A stretch of 64,000 nt of DNA from positions 22,193-86,192 of the forward strand of contig CAVKUW010000115.1 in the NCBI GenBank assembly GCA_963659815.1, in the 5' to 3' direction. Shown here piece by piece: positions 20,188-30,048 of this stretch (its first letter is position 1; the number at the start of each line of letters is the position of its first letter). Below the pieces are notes generated by a model that was not told the origin of the DNA, did not search any database, and worked only from the letters and a program-made list of their open reading frames with translations. The translations under genes were made by a program, and so were the position numbers. This stretch comes from Butyricicoccaceae bacterium (lineage in GTDB: Bacteria > Bacillota > Clostridia > Lachnospirales > Lachnospiraceae).

Positions 20188-22743
20188 ATGGACGATAGTA
20201 CAATTTTTGATAAAATCCATGAAGTGGATTTGAAGAAAACCATGGAAGAATCGTATATCGATTATGCCATGAGCGTTATCGCTGCAAGAGCTCTTCCGGA
20301 TGTGCGGGATGGTCTGAAGCCTGTACAGCGAAGAATTTTACATTCCATGGTGGAACTGAACAACGGTCCGGATAAGCCACATCGTAAATGTGCCCGTATC
20401 GTCGGTGATACAATGGGTAAATATCATCCACACGGTGACAGTTCTATCTACGAGGCACTCGTAAAGCTGGCACAGGAATGGAATACAAGATATCCACTGG
20501 TCGATGGACATGGTAACTTCGGTTCTGTCGATGGTGATGGCGCGGCTGCGATGCGATACACAGAGGCACGTCTCTCCAAGATTTCTATGGAGATGGTTGC
20601 TGATATCAACAAGGATACAGTTGATTTCATCCCGAACTTTGATGAGACAGAGAAAGAGCCAGTCGTACTTCCAAGCCGTTATCCAAACCTGCTGGTCAAT
20701 GGTACAACCGGTATTGCCGTAGGTATGGCAACAAATATTCCGCCTCACAACCTGCGTGAGGTCGTAAATGCAGTTGTTAAGATCATTGATAACCGTGTGA
20801 ATGAGGACCGTGAGACAGAAATCGAAGAAATCATGGAAATCATCAAGGGACCGGATTTCCCAACGGGTGCATCTATCCTTGGTACAGCCGGTATCAATGA
20901 AGCATATAGAACCGGTCGTGGTAAGATCAAGGTACGCGCTGTATCTGAGATCGAGCCGATGGCAAATGGAAAGCAGAGAATCGTTGTTACTGAGCTTCCA
21001 TATATGGTAAATAAGGCAAAGTTGATCCAGAAGATTGCAGAGCTTGTCAAGGAGAAGAAGATTGAGGGTATCACAGCTCTCCGTGATGAGAGTTCCCGTG
21101 AGGGTATGCGTATCGTCATCGAGCTTCGAAAAGACTGCAATGCGAATATCGTGCTGAACCAGTTATACAAGCACACACAGATGCAGGATACATTTGGTGT
21201 AATCATGCTGGCACTGGTCGATGGACAGCCTATGGTATTAAATCTCCTGGAAATGCTTGGATATTATATCAAGCATCAGGAAGAGGTTGTCACAAGAAGA
21301 ACGAAGTTTGACTTGAACAAAGCGGAAGATCGTGCTCATATCTTAGAGGGATTGTTGATTGCCCTTGATAATATCGATGAGGTTATTCACATCATCCGTA
21401 GTTCCAAATCCGTTGCCGATGCAAAGCTTGCATTGATCGAGCGTTTCGGTTTGTCCGATGCACAGGCACAGGCTATCGTAGATATGCGTCTGCGTGCTCT
21501 GACCGGTCTGGAAAGAGAGAAGCTTGAGAAAGAATACAGAGAATTGATGGAACTCATCAAAGAGTTGAAGGCAATTCTGGCAGATGAGAAGCTGCTCCTT
21601 GGTGTAATCAAGGAGGAAATCCTGATCATCGCAACAAAGTATGGCGATGACAGAAGAACTTCTATCGGTATTGATATGGATGATGATATCACTGTCGAAG
21701 ATCTGATTCCGAAGGAAAATGTTGTAATCGCTATGACAAAGCTTGGCTATGTAAAGCGTATGACAATCAATAACTTCAAGAGTCAGAACCGTGGTGGTAA
21801 GGGCATCAAGGGTATGCAGACAATCGAGGATGATTTCATCGAGAATCTGTTCATGACAACGACGCACCATTACATCATGTTCTTCACGAATCAGGGACGT
21901 GTATATCGTCTGAAGACGTATGAGATTCCGGAATCCGGACGTACTGCAAGAGGAACGGCAATCGTCAACCTGTTACAGCTCCAGCCGGATGAAGTGATCA
22001 CAGCAGTCATTCCAATTCGTGAGTACCATGAGGGAAGATACCTGATCATGGCTACAAAGAATGGTATGATCAAGAAGACAAAGATTACCGAGTATGCAAA
22101 TGTTCGTAAGTCCGGACTTGCTGCAATCACCCTGAAAGAGGGCGATGAGCTGATCGAAGTAAAGGCAACGAACAATACGAAGGATATCATCCTGATCACA
22201 AAGCAGGGTATGTGTATCCGCTTCAATGAGAAGGAGGTTCGTTCAACCGGACGTACATCTATGGGTGTTATCGGTATGAGTGTCGCTGGTGATGATGAAG
22301 TCATCGGAATGCAGTTAGATACGCAGGGCGAGGCACTTCTGATCGTATCGGAGAATGGTCTTGGTAAGCGGACACTTGTCGAAGAATTTACACCACAGCA
22401 CCGTGGCGGTAAGGGTGTGAAGTGTTACAAGATCACAGATAAGTCTGGAACTGTTATCGGCTTCAAGGCAGTAAACGATGATAACGAAATCATGCTGATC
22501 ACCAATCAGGGTATTGTAATCCGACTCCTGTGTAAGGATATTTCTACATTAGGCAGAATTACAACTGGTGTGAAGCTCATCAACATGGATCTGGAAAGTG
22601 ACATTACGGTTGCAAGTATTGCAAAGGTTCGTCAGAAATCTGCAGATGAATCCGAGTCCTTGGAAATTATGGAACGCGAGATGAATGAGGCAGACAATGA
22701 AGAAGGTAATGTAGAAGAACCGGAGAGTTCGGAAGATAAGTAA
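20188..22743 (+). CDS. gyrA: DNA gyrase subunit A
   Basis: [23 protein letters not shown], GyrA box QNRGGKG. Confidence 0.98.
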   Translation: MDDSTIFDKIHEVDLKKTMEESYIDYAMSVIAARALPDVRDGLKPVQRRILHSMVELNNGPDKPHRKCARIVGDTMGKYHPHGDSSIYEALVKLAQEWNTRYPLVDGHGNFGSVDGDGAAAMRYTEARLSKISMEMVADINKDTVDFIPNFDETEKEPVVLPSRYPNLLVNGTTGIAVGMATNIPPHNLREVVNAVVKIIDNRVNEDRETEIEEIMEIIKGPDFPTGASILGTAGINEAYRTGRGKIKVRAVSEIEPMANGKQRIVVTELPYMVNKAKLIQKIAELVKEKKIEGITALRDESSREGMRIVIELRKDCNANIVLNQLYKHTQMQDTFGVIMLALVDGQPMVLNLLEMLGYYIKHQEEVVTRRTKFDLNKAEDRAHILEGLLIALDNIDEVIHIIRSSKSVADAKLALIERFGLSDAQAQAIVDMRLRALTGLEREKLEKEYRELMELIKELKAILADEKLLLGVIKEEILIIATKYGDDRRTSIGIDMDDDITVEDLIPKENVVIAMTKLGYVKRMTINNFKSQNRGGKGIKGMQTIEDDFIENLFMTTTHHYIMFFTNQGRVYRLKTYEIPESGRTARGTAIVNLLQLQPDEVITAVIPIREYHEGRYLIMATKNGMIKKTKITEYANVRKSGLAAITLKEGDELIEVKATNNTKDIILITKQGMCIRFNEKEVRSTGRTSMGVIGMSVAGDDEVIGMQLDTQGEALLIVSENGLGKRTLVEEFTPQHRGGKGVKCYKITDKSGTVIGFKAVNDDNEIMLITNQGIVIRLLCKDISTLGRITTGVKLINMDLESDITVASIAKVRQKSADESESLEIMEREMNEADNEEGNVEEPESSEDK

Positions 22744-22765
22744 GTCGTGAAAAGAGGGAAAAGCG

Positions 22766-22969
22766 ATGAACGATAGTATTAAAGAGGGCTTGGAAGGTCT
22801 TTCCAAGATGGATGGCGTATCCAATTTCTTATATGCACTTATGTACTGGGTAGGTGTCATATTTGTATTGTTATTTGTGACATACATTTTTGTTTCGATT
22901 TATGTGCGTGCACAGAATAAGAAACGTGGAATTGATACGAAAGATAAAGACGATTATTTGGATGATTAA
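22766..22969 (+). CDS. Small single-TM hypothetical protein
   Basis: RBS GAGGG, one hydrophobic helix, followed by a terminator. Confidence 0.7.
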   Translation: MNDSIKEGLEGLSKMDGVSNFLYALMYWVGVIFVLLFVTYIFVSIYVRAQNKKRGIDTKDKDDYLDD

Positions 22970-22970
22970 G

Positions 22971-23010
22971 AAAAGGGCTGCTATATGAGAAATCATGTAG
23001 CGGTTTTTTT
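22971..23010 (+). terminator. Terminator of gyr operon
   Basis: GCTGCTATATGA-GAAA-TCATGTAGCGGT then T tract. Confidence 0.75.
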
Positions 23011-23047
23011 GTATTTTTTATGAACAGAAGCATATAATATAAACAAA

Positions 23048-23076
23048 TTGACATATACCTGTATAACAGGTATAAT
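23048..23076 (+). promoter_or_regulatory. Consensus sigma-A promoter with palindromic operator for higBA
   Basis: TTGACA-17-TATAAT; palindrome TATACCTGT-ATA-ACAGGTATA 23054-23074. Confidence 0.85.
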
Positions 23077-23082
23077 AAATGT

Positions 23083-23367
23083 ATGATAAAATCATTTAAA
23101 GATAAAGAAACCGAAAAAATCTATAATCAGATTTTTTCAAAAAAGCTTCCACAAACGATTCAAAAAATAGCATTAAGAAAATTGATAATGATTGACAATG
23201 CACAAAGTTTGGAGGACTTAAGAGTTCCACCTGCAAATCATTTGGAACAATTACATGGTGACAGAGAGGGACAATATAGCATTCGAATAAATGATCAATT
23301 TAGAATTTGTTTTGAAGTGAAAGATACAAATGAATTTTATAATGTTGAAATTGTAGATTATCATTAG
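23083..23367 (+). CDS. higB: HigB-like (RelE/ParE family) toxin
   Basis: MIKSFKDKET, DLRVPPANHLEQL, SIRINDQFRICF, VDYH. Confidence 0.92.
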   Translation: MIKSFKDKETEKIYNQIFSKKLPQTIQKIALRKLIMIDNAQSLEDLRVPPANHLEQLHGDREGQYSIRINDQFRICFEVKDTNEFYNVEIVDYH

Positions 23368-23378
23368 GAGATGATGGT

Positions 23379-23675
23379 ATGGAAAAAATGATAGAGACAA
23401 CAAAAATAAGTGAAATATTGTGGGAAGAATTTATGAAACCGTTGGATATTTCAGCATACAAATTGGCAATGGAAATCCATGTTCCAGTTTCAAGAGTACA
23501 GGATATTTTGCATGACAGAAGAAAAATAACAGTAGATACTTCTTTAAGACTTGCAAAATATTTTGGGGTGTCGGATTCTTATTTTTTGAATATTCAAAAT
23601 GATATTGATTTACGTAATGCAAAATTAAATCTGAAGGATGAAATTAATAGTATTCAAACCTATAAATATGCATAA
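23379..23675 (+). CDS. higA: HigA-like HTH antitoxin
   Basis: EEFMKPL, SAYKLA, ITVDTSLRLAKYFG; downstream of toxin. Confidence 0.92.
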   Translation: MEKMIETTKISEILWEEFMKPLDISAYKLAMEIHVPVSRVQDILHDRRKITVDTSLRLAKYFGVSDSYFLNIQNDIDLRNAKLNLKDEINSIQTYKYA

Positions 23676-23688
23676 AAAGGAGTAAACC

Positions 23689-24531
23689 ATGCGAACATTA
23701 CACACAGACAAAATCATTGAAGCAGTGAAAGAAATGTGTATCTCAGCCAATCTGTATCTGGCAGATGATATGGATGGTAAGATACGGCAGGCAGCAAAAG
23801 AGGAAGATAGCACGCTTGGCAAACAGATCTTGAATCAGTTGATAGAGAATATGGAGATTGCCGGAGAGGATAAGACACCAATCTGTCAGGATACAGGGAT
23901 GGCAGTGTTCTTCGTGAATGTTGGACAGGATCTGCATATTGAAGGAATGAATCTGACGGATGCCATCAACGAAGGTGTAAGAAGAGGATATACCGAGGGG
24001 TATCTGCGGAAATCTGTCGTAAAAGATCCATTGCAGCGTGAGAATACCGGAGATAATACACCGGCAATCATCCATTATGATATTGTACCGGGAGATAAGC
24101 TGGAAATCACGATTGCACCGAAGGGTTTTGGAAGCGAGAATATGAGTAAGGTGTATATGCTGAAGCCGGCAGATGGGGAAGAAGGAATCCGTCAGTCTGT
24201 GCTTGCGGCAGTGAAGGATGCCGGACCAAATGCATGTCCTCCGATGGTAGTTGGCGTTGGACTTGGCGGTGATTTTGAGCTTGCGGCAAAGCTTGCGAAG
24301 AAGGCACTCACAAGACCAGCAGGTTCACATTCGGAGAAGGCACATATTGCGAAGCTTGAAGATGAGATATTGGAGCTTGTGAATAAGACGGGAATCGGAC
24401 CGGGTGGACTTGGAGGAAAGACAACGGCGCTTGCAGTCAACATTGAAACCTACTCAACACATATCGCAGGTATGCCGCTTGCAGTCAATATGTGCTGTCA
24501 TGTAAACCGCCACAAGACAGTTGTGTTGTAA
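23689..24531 (+). CDS. Fe-S fumarate hydratase (class I) alpha subunit
   Basis: PICQDTG, KGFGSEN, GPNACPP, CHVNRH. Confidence 0.9.
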   Translation: MRTLHTDKIIEAVKEMCISANLYLADDMDGKIRQAAKEEDSTLGKQILNQLIENMEIAGEDKTPICQDTGMAVFFVNVGQDLHIEGMNLTDAINEGVRRGYTEGYLRKSVVKDPLQRENTGDNTPAIIHYDIVPGDKLEITIAPKGFGSENMSKVYMLKPADGEEGIRQSVLAAVKDAGPNACPPMVVGVGLGGDFELAAKLAKKALTRPAGSHSEKAHIAKLEDEILELVNKTGIGPGGLGGKTTALAVNIETYSTHIAGMPLAVNMCCHVNRHKTVVL

Positions 24532-24617
24532 ATTATAATGAAGTGTGCACAGGTCATCATGATATCTTGTGGTGACATTAGGTAATATATGAAGTAGAAA
24601 TATTTATAGAGAGGAAT

Positions 24618-26384
24618 ATGCACTTGGGAAAAGTTTCAAATTATATCAACCAGAATATGGCGAAATTCAAGCAGATCTACATGCGTTATGCTGCGAGTAT
24701 TTTCTGTGCGTTTATCATAGCGGTTGTGAGTATCATAGCAAATCAGAAAAAAGGGTTTGACATAGAATCCATCGTGGCTGTCTGTTCTATCTGGCTTGCC
24801 GGGAATTTTTTGGTTGAGAGCCTGTGGAAGAAAACGATAGAAGAAGCACAGAAAAACAAACGGAAATGGCTGATTGGCTATGGCGTAACATTTGTGATTG
24901 CAATCATATTTGAGAATTTGTCAGAGATTCTTAAAGCACAGAAAGAGGATATACCGAATCTGATATTTGAAAGTATCTTGTATTTTTACATTGCGTGCAC
25001 GGTGCTTCTTGCAATCTATGTATTGCTCCGGCAGCAGCAATTAGATCTGCCACATTGTATCGGACGAATCATATTCGCATTGCTCCGGGCAGTTGGCGTC
25101 TATCTGGTGCTGAATATCGCGGTTATCCTGATTCTCGAAATCATAAATGCATTGCTGGTGGATATAGATACGTTCAGAGTGGAGTTGAATATCCAGTTAT
25201 TGCTGAGTGCACTTGCGTATTTCCCAACCTGTCTGCTTGCTGTCTCGGATACGAGCGAAGATAACGCGGCATTTACGAAGAAATTTGTATCGTATGTGTT
25301 ACTTCCATGCGTGTGGATTGCAATGTTCGTAATTTATCTCTATGTGGTAAAAATCTTCGTGACGCAGGAGGTTCCGAGCAATGAAATCTTCGGCATCTGT
25401 GCGAGTCTTTTCGCGATTGGTATGCCAATCTGGATGATGGCATCCGGGTTCGTGGAGGAGAAGACTTCACGTTATGCGAAACTTATTTCTATTACGAAAT
25501 ATATCTATGCACCGTTTATCCTGCTTGAGATCTATTCGATGTCAGTGCGTGTCAAAGCATATGGACTGACGGAGCAGCGTTATGCGGCGTGGATGTTCGT
25601 ATTGCTGCAGATTATCTATATTCTGTGGGAGAAAATCTATGCACTGTATGCAAGACTTTCAGACAGAAAAAAATATAATAATCAGGCAGATACCGGTGAT
25701 ACAGGAACAGAACATGCAAATGAAATAAATCAGACGAAAACACAAATAAACTGGCACTATGAAAATCTCATTCTAGTCTTAGTTGGGTTTTTATTTGTCG
25801 GACTTCTGCTTCCATTTGGAAATGCGCAATATCTGTCGTATCAGTCACAGAAAAGCCGGTTAGTTAAGAATCGGACATCAGATATGGGAGAAGCAGCGAA
25901 AGCATATGATTATCTGAAGACAAATGCATATGGAAGACGATATCTGGATAACTATCTTACCGAAGCGGAACAGGACGAATTACATAACATGTTGTATGAC
26001 TGGGACAGTGAAGATCAATGGAAATCCGTGTATTTCAATGCATATCCGATTGAAGAGGGTGGATTGACTATTGATGGTTATAAAAAAATCTATGGGGTAG
26101 ATGAACATTGGCGGGATGAATGTTCTGTTCAAGAATATGAGAGCAAAACAATCACAGCCGGAGACAGTGTATATGCGAATGTAGATCTTACTTCCTGCAT
26201 TTCGTATTATAAGGACTTGGAAGATAAAAATGAAAATCAGGCCGTAGATGAAAAAGACAAAGTCTATGAAATCCAAATCAGTGATACAGAAAAACTGATT
26301 ATAACGTATATCAGTTTTGAAATCGATGATGAGCAGACTATGATAAAAAGAATGTTTATAAAGGGATATATGCTGACCAAATAA
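24618..26384 (+). CDS. Multi-pass membrane protein (DUF4153-like)
   Basis: About 10 TM segments, RVKAYGLTEQRY motif. Confidence 0.7.
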   Translation: MHLGKVSNYINQNMAKFKQIYMRYAASIFCAFIIAVVSIIANQKKGFDIESIVAVCSIWLAGNFLVESLWKKTIEEAQKNKRKWLIGYGVTFVIAIIFENLSEILKAQKEDIPNLIFESILYFYIACTVLLAIYVLLRQQQLDLPHCIGRIIFALLRAVGVYLVLNIAVILILEIINALLVDIDTFRVELNIQLLLSALAYFPTCLLAVSDTSEDNAAFTKKFVSYVLLPCVWIAMFVIYLYVVKIFVTQEVPSNEIFGICASLFAIGMPIWMMASGFVEEKTSRYAKLISITKYIYAPFILLEIYSMSVRVKAYGLTEQRYAAWMFVLLQIIYILWEKIYALYARLSDRKKYNNQADTGDTGTEHANEINQTKTQINWHYENLILVLVGFLFVGLLLPFGNAQYLSYQSQKSRLVKNRTSDMGEAAKAYDYLKTNAYGRRYLDNYLTEAEQDELHNMLYDWDSEDQWKSVYFNAYPIEEGGLTIDGYKKIYGVDEHWRDECSVQEYESKTITAGDSVYANVDLTSCISYYKDLEDKNENQAVDEKDKVYEIQISDTEKLIITYISFEIDDEQTMIKRMFIKGYMLTK

Positions 26385-26410
26385 ATACAAAAATAGCGGA
26401 GGATTAGAGA

Positions 26411-27019
26411 ATGGAACGACATATTGCAGTACCATTTAGCGAAGAGGAATTAAAGGAGCTTCATGCGGGAGATTATATTTATCTGACCGGCACGATTTAC
26501 AGTGCCAGAGATGCTGCACACAAGCGGATGTATGATGCTATCTGTACTGAGCAGGAGAAGTATCCGGAAGTGGATTATACCGGTGCAAAGCTGTATGAGG
26601 ATAAGATTCTGCCTTTGGATATTACAGGAAATACAATCTATTATCTCGGACCAACACCAGCGAAGCCGGGACAGGTGATCGGTTCTGCAGGACCTACAAC
26701 AAGCAGTCGTATGGATAAATATACGCCGCTTCTGTTGTCGAAGGGCTTGAAGGGCATGATCGGAAAAGGTAAGCGCAGTCAGGCAGTGATTGATGCAATT
26801 GTGAAGGAAAAAGCGGTGTATATGGCAGCCGTTGGCGGAGCGGGCGCACTACTATCCAAGTGCATCAAGGAGTCAGAAGTGATCGCTTATGATGATCTTG
26901 AAACCGAGGCAATCCGTAAGATGCGTGTGGAGAATCTTCCTGTTATTGTCGTGATTGACAGCGAAGGACACAATCTGTATGAGACTGCGGTTGCAGATTA
27001 TCTGAAGGAGCATAATTAA
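26411..27019 (+). CDS. Fe-S fumarate hydratase beta subunit
   Basis: ARDAAHKR, GPTTSSRM, MIGKG. Confidence 0.9.
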   Translation: MERHIAVPFSEEELKELHAGDYIYLTGTIYSARDAAHKRMYDAICTEQEKYPEVDYTGAKLYEDKILPLDITGNTIYYLGPTPAKPGQVIGSAGPTTSSRMDKYTPLLLSKGLKGMIGKGKRSQAVIDAIVKEKAVYMAAVGGAGALLSKCIKESEVIAYDDLETEAIRKMRVENLPVIVVIDSEGHNLYETAVADYLKEHN

Positions 27020-27025
27020 AATAAT

Positions 27026-27055
27026 GCCCCACGAGATGCAAACTCGTGGGGTTTT
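27026..27055. terminator. Terminator after fumarase beta
   Basis: GCCCCACGAG-ATGCAAA-CTCGTGGGGT-TTT. Confidence 0.8.
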
Positions 27056-27102
27056 GAATATAAGCTACACCTCGCAGGGGTAAATAGTTACCTTTTTCCG
27101 GA

Positions 27103-27900
27103 TTATACGAGTTTAAAAAGCTTCAACGGAACCTCTTTTATTTTCTCAAAATATCGATCAGGAATGTCCCTTCTATCTCTTGGAGAGTTAATAAATATGA
27201 TTTGTTTATTAGAAGAATAATCATTTATAAGCATTTTCCTCAGAACGAAAAAACACGCATCAAGGCTTTCCAGATTTTTAAAATAAATCTTTGGAATCTT
27301 AATGTATAAATCACATTCTTCTATCAGAACAAGTCCGGTAATTACATTTCTTGTTTTACATACAAGACTGCTCGAAAAAATGCTCATGTCAAAATCCGAA
27401 TAAGGGAATTGTACAATTCCATCTGCACTCATATGGTATATATAAGGAATAAGCTCTTCATTTGGTACAGCTTCAGCCTCAAAAATACTCATATCAGGTT
27501 TTTTTGACATAGAAAAATTCTTCATATCGGACAGCTTTCCTATTTTGTATGTATAATCACATTTTTCTTCTGCAAATCCCATTTTTTTCATATAGTTATT
27601 AGCTTTTATTGCAAATGTATAAACAGGAAGACTGCTATTTTCAATCATACTTTCCAGAATTTCTAATACCATGGACAGAACCGTTTTTCTATCCTTGTGT
27701 ACATTCACAACAACTCTATGCAGGCGGATATATTCAGGAAGAATTTCAACCACACATAGACCGATCGGATAATCCTGCTCATCATCCCGAATTCCTATGA
27801 CAGTATATCTGCCACTGAGACAGCCATATATTTCTTCATTCATCAGAGAAGACATATACTGGGATAGATTATCTGCAATGACAATTTCGCTCTTCAACAT
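27103..27900 (-). CDS. Degenerate tandem-GNAT-like protein (paralog 1)
   Basis: Colinear similarity by eye to ORFs 36559, 37424 and 61887; lacks RxxGxG. Confidence 0.5.
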   Translation of the reverse strand: MLKSEIVIADNLSQYMSSLMNEEIYGCLSGRYTVIGIRDDEQDYPIGLCVVEILPEYIRLHRVVVNVHKDRKTVLSMVLEILESMIENSSLPVYTFAIKANNYMKKMGFAEEKCDYTYKIGKLSDMKNFSMSKKPDMSIFEAEAVPNEELIPYIYHMSADGIVQFPYSDFDMSIFSSSLVCKTRNVITGLVLIEECDLYIKIPKIYFKNLESLDACFFVLRKMLINDYSSNKQIIFINSPRDRRDIPDRYFEKIKEVPLKLFKLV

Positions 27901-27902
27901 TA

Positions 27903-28187
27903 TTATTTCTCCATAAGAACTGATGGAAAATTATAAAAATCCGGATGGCTTGATTTATATGTCTCATCAAATTTCTCATGAATATCGTCGGAATCAACTA
28001 CATTATTCTTCTCTACTGCGCTTTTATAAAATTCAAGAAATGCCTTGCAATAATCTTCTGCAAGGGAATGTATCTGATTCTTTTCTTCCTCCGTCAACTC
28101 TCTTTGCATATTCTGATAAATATACATCTTCCATCCGTTAGCGGACTCATCGATAAACCTTAATTCACCTAAAGTAAGCTCTCTCAT
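27903..28187 (-). CDS. Small acidic helical protein, candidate immunity
   Basis: RBS AAAGGAG; between ART-like gene and GNAT-like gene. Confidence 0.6.
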   Translation of the reverse strand: MRELTLGELRFIDESANGWKMYIYQNMQRELTEEEKNQIHSLAEDYCKAFLEFYKSAVEKNNVVDSDDIHEKFDETYKSSHPDFYNFPSVLMEK

Positions 28188-28246
28188 ATTAATCTCCTTT
28201 TCTATTTCTATGCTTAAATAATCTCGCTGTTGTTATGAGGAAACAT

Positions 28247-29755
28247 TTATCTTTCATCAGGTTCACCATCAATACGAATGTGGTCAACGTTATCCTCCAT
28301 AGTAAATGCACTTCTATCCCAGGTTGTATAATAATCAAGTGGGTAAGGACTGTTTATGCTATTAGCTGCACGCTTAACTCTGAATGTATTATATCCAAAA
28401 AGAGAGAATATAACATTGGCTGCATGAGGGATTGAACCATTATTATAGTTTCCTCTGTTCTCGTTGCCAAGATAACGTGAAAATGATGAGAATGACTTTT
28501 TAAATTCATCTAATAACTCAGAAGCCTGGTCACTATCAAGAATTCTTGCCTTCTCATTAAACATTGATTTAACCTGCATAGATCCATCGCGTTCACCAAA
28601 TAACCAACTATGATTACTTGCTGCTTTATCGTGAGCTTCCATGTTATAATCCGGATTACTGTCGTCACCGTTTTCAAATTCAATATTCCTTGCTGCCGTA
28701 TATGTTCCTTTTGTAAAATTACCGTCGCTGAGGAACTGGCGATTTTTTTCTCCTTTTCCTTTCAACTGGTTAATCATTCTTTCCGCTGTTTCATTCTCAC
28801 TAAGTGCCTGAATGGTATGGTAGAGAGGAATTTTGAGCTGACCTTTACTAATATCCAAACTGTAATTCTGCAATCGTGGTGTACGCTGTGACCAGCCAAT
28901 TGCATTCATAAATCTTGTTCCTATATTATCAGCCTGATTTTCATCGACACCATAGACCTGAAGCTTTGTCATAATAGAGGTTAATTCCTGGTCCAGAGTA
29001 TCGATCTCTTCCTTTTTCAGCTCGATATTTCCCTGAAGATGCATAGATATTAAATCAAATTTAGCCTTGCAGGCTTCTTCCAGGATTCTCTGGTTCTCGT
29101 CAGATAACTCATCACTAATCCCCGCAAGCTTAGTCGTAGATACCTGGGATGCCTCGTTGATACTTGTCATCATGGTCTGCATATTAAGTGTTACTTTGTC
29201 GTAGAGAGCTGAGATCATAGCTTTACGACGTTTACCCTCACGTGACCAAGGATTTCTTGTTCTGATATATTCTTTACAGGTTTCTGAAAGCTGGGTCAAT
29301 AATTTATATCTTTCAGCTACATTCCAATTCTCTCCAACACGGTTCAGAAGCTCAAGATCGGTTGCAACATCATTAAATTTGTCAGAATTTCCGTGGTTAT
29401 TACTATTTTTAAGCAGAATTTCCAGTTGTTCGTATCCAAAATTTCTGTAGTATTCTTTTTCTTTGTCATCACCCTGGACACCGGATTTAAGAGCTTGTGC
29501 TTTCTCATTCGTGGAGGTCAGCCATTTGGATTCAATCTGTTTTTTTCTTTCGTCATGCTCTGTTTTTCGCTGTTTCCATTTAGCGGCATTATTGGCATAT
29601 ATAGACTGGTTCTTTTCAAGATCAAGCATCCGGGAGTTCATATCCATATATCCCATCTCGATATTTTCAAATTCGTTAAGCTGAATTTTACTATATGCTT
29701 CTATTTGCTGCCTCTGTTGCTGAAACTCCTGTTCCTTCGTTAAATATTTACCCAT
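28247..29755 (-). CDS. Putative effector: Q/E-rich helical N-terminus plus ADP-ribosyltransferase-like C-terminus (start MGKYLT, 502 aa)
   Basis: RBS GAAAGGA before ATG at 29755; LYH...DGNFTKGTYTA...KARIL...GYNTFRV...DYYTTWDRSA. Confidence 0.55.
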   Translation of the reverse strand: MGKYLTKEQEFQQQRQQIEAYSKIQLNEFENIEMGYMDMNSRMLDLEKNQSIYANNAAKWKQRKTEHDERKKQIESKWLTSTNEKAQALKSGVQGDDKEKEYYRNFGYEQLEILLKNSNNHGNSDKFNDVATDLELLNRVGENWNVAERYKLLTQLSETCKEYIRTRNPWSREGKRRKAMISALYDKVTLNMQTMMTSINEASQVSTTKLAGISDELSDENQRILEEACKAKFDLISMHLQGNIELKKEEIDTLDQELTSIMTKLQVYGVDENQADNIGTRFMNAIGWSQRTPRLQNYSLDISKGQLKIPLYHTIQALSENETAERMINQLKGKGEKNRQFLSDGNFTKGTYTAARNIEFENGDDSNPDYNMEAHDKAASNHSWLFGERDGSMQVKSMFNEKARILDSDQASELLDEFKKSFSSFSRYLGNENRGNYNNGSIPHAANVIFSLFGYNTFRVKRAANSINSPYPLDYYTTWDRSAFTMEDNVDHIRIDGEPDER

Positions 29756-30048
29756 AGCATTCCATCCTTTCGTCGTAGAGTTAAGGCTTTTTCGATATTC
29801 TGTTTTTACAAAATATCGATATTCAATATTTTTTATTTTATCGTATTTATTGTGATAAATCAAGATAAATGAAGATAAAATTGAACACAAATTTACTTTC
29901 AAACCGATGGCTTCCCGTACTCAAATAAACAGTTATTCATATGGTTAATGCTTGCTTTTTACATAATTATACGATAAATTATAGATGAAACAGATTTTTA
30001 TAAAAATAAGAGCATTGCAACCCCGGAATATAATAAGAGGAAAGAATT

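Noticed and set aside
29756..29902. N-terminal extension of the 551-aa ORF (likewise track starts at 9164, 38976, 40680, 41663, 45167, 61685)
   Set aside because: Downstream ATGs have better RBS or family-typical N-termini; the extensions run through promoter, repeat or neighbouring-gene DNA.
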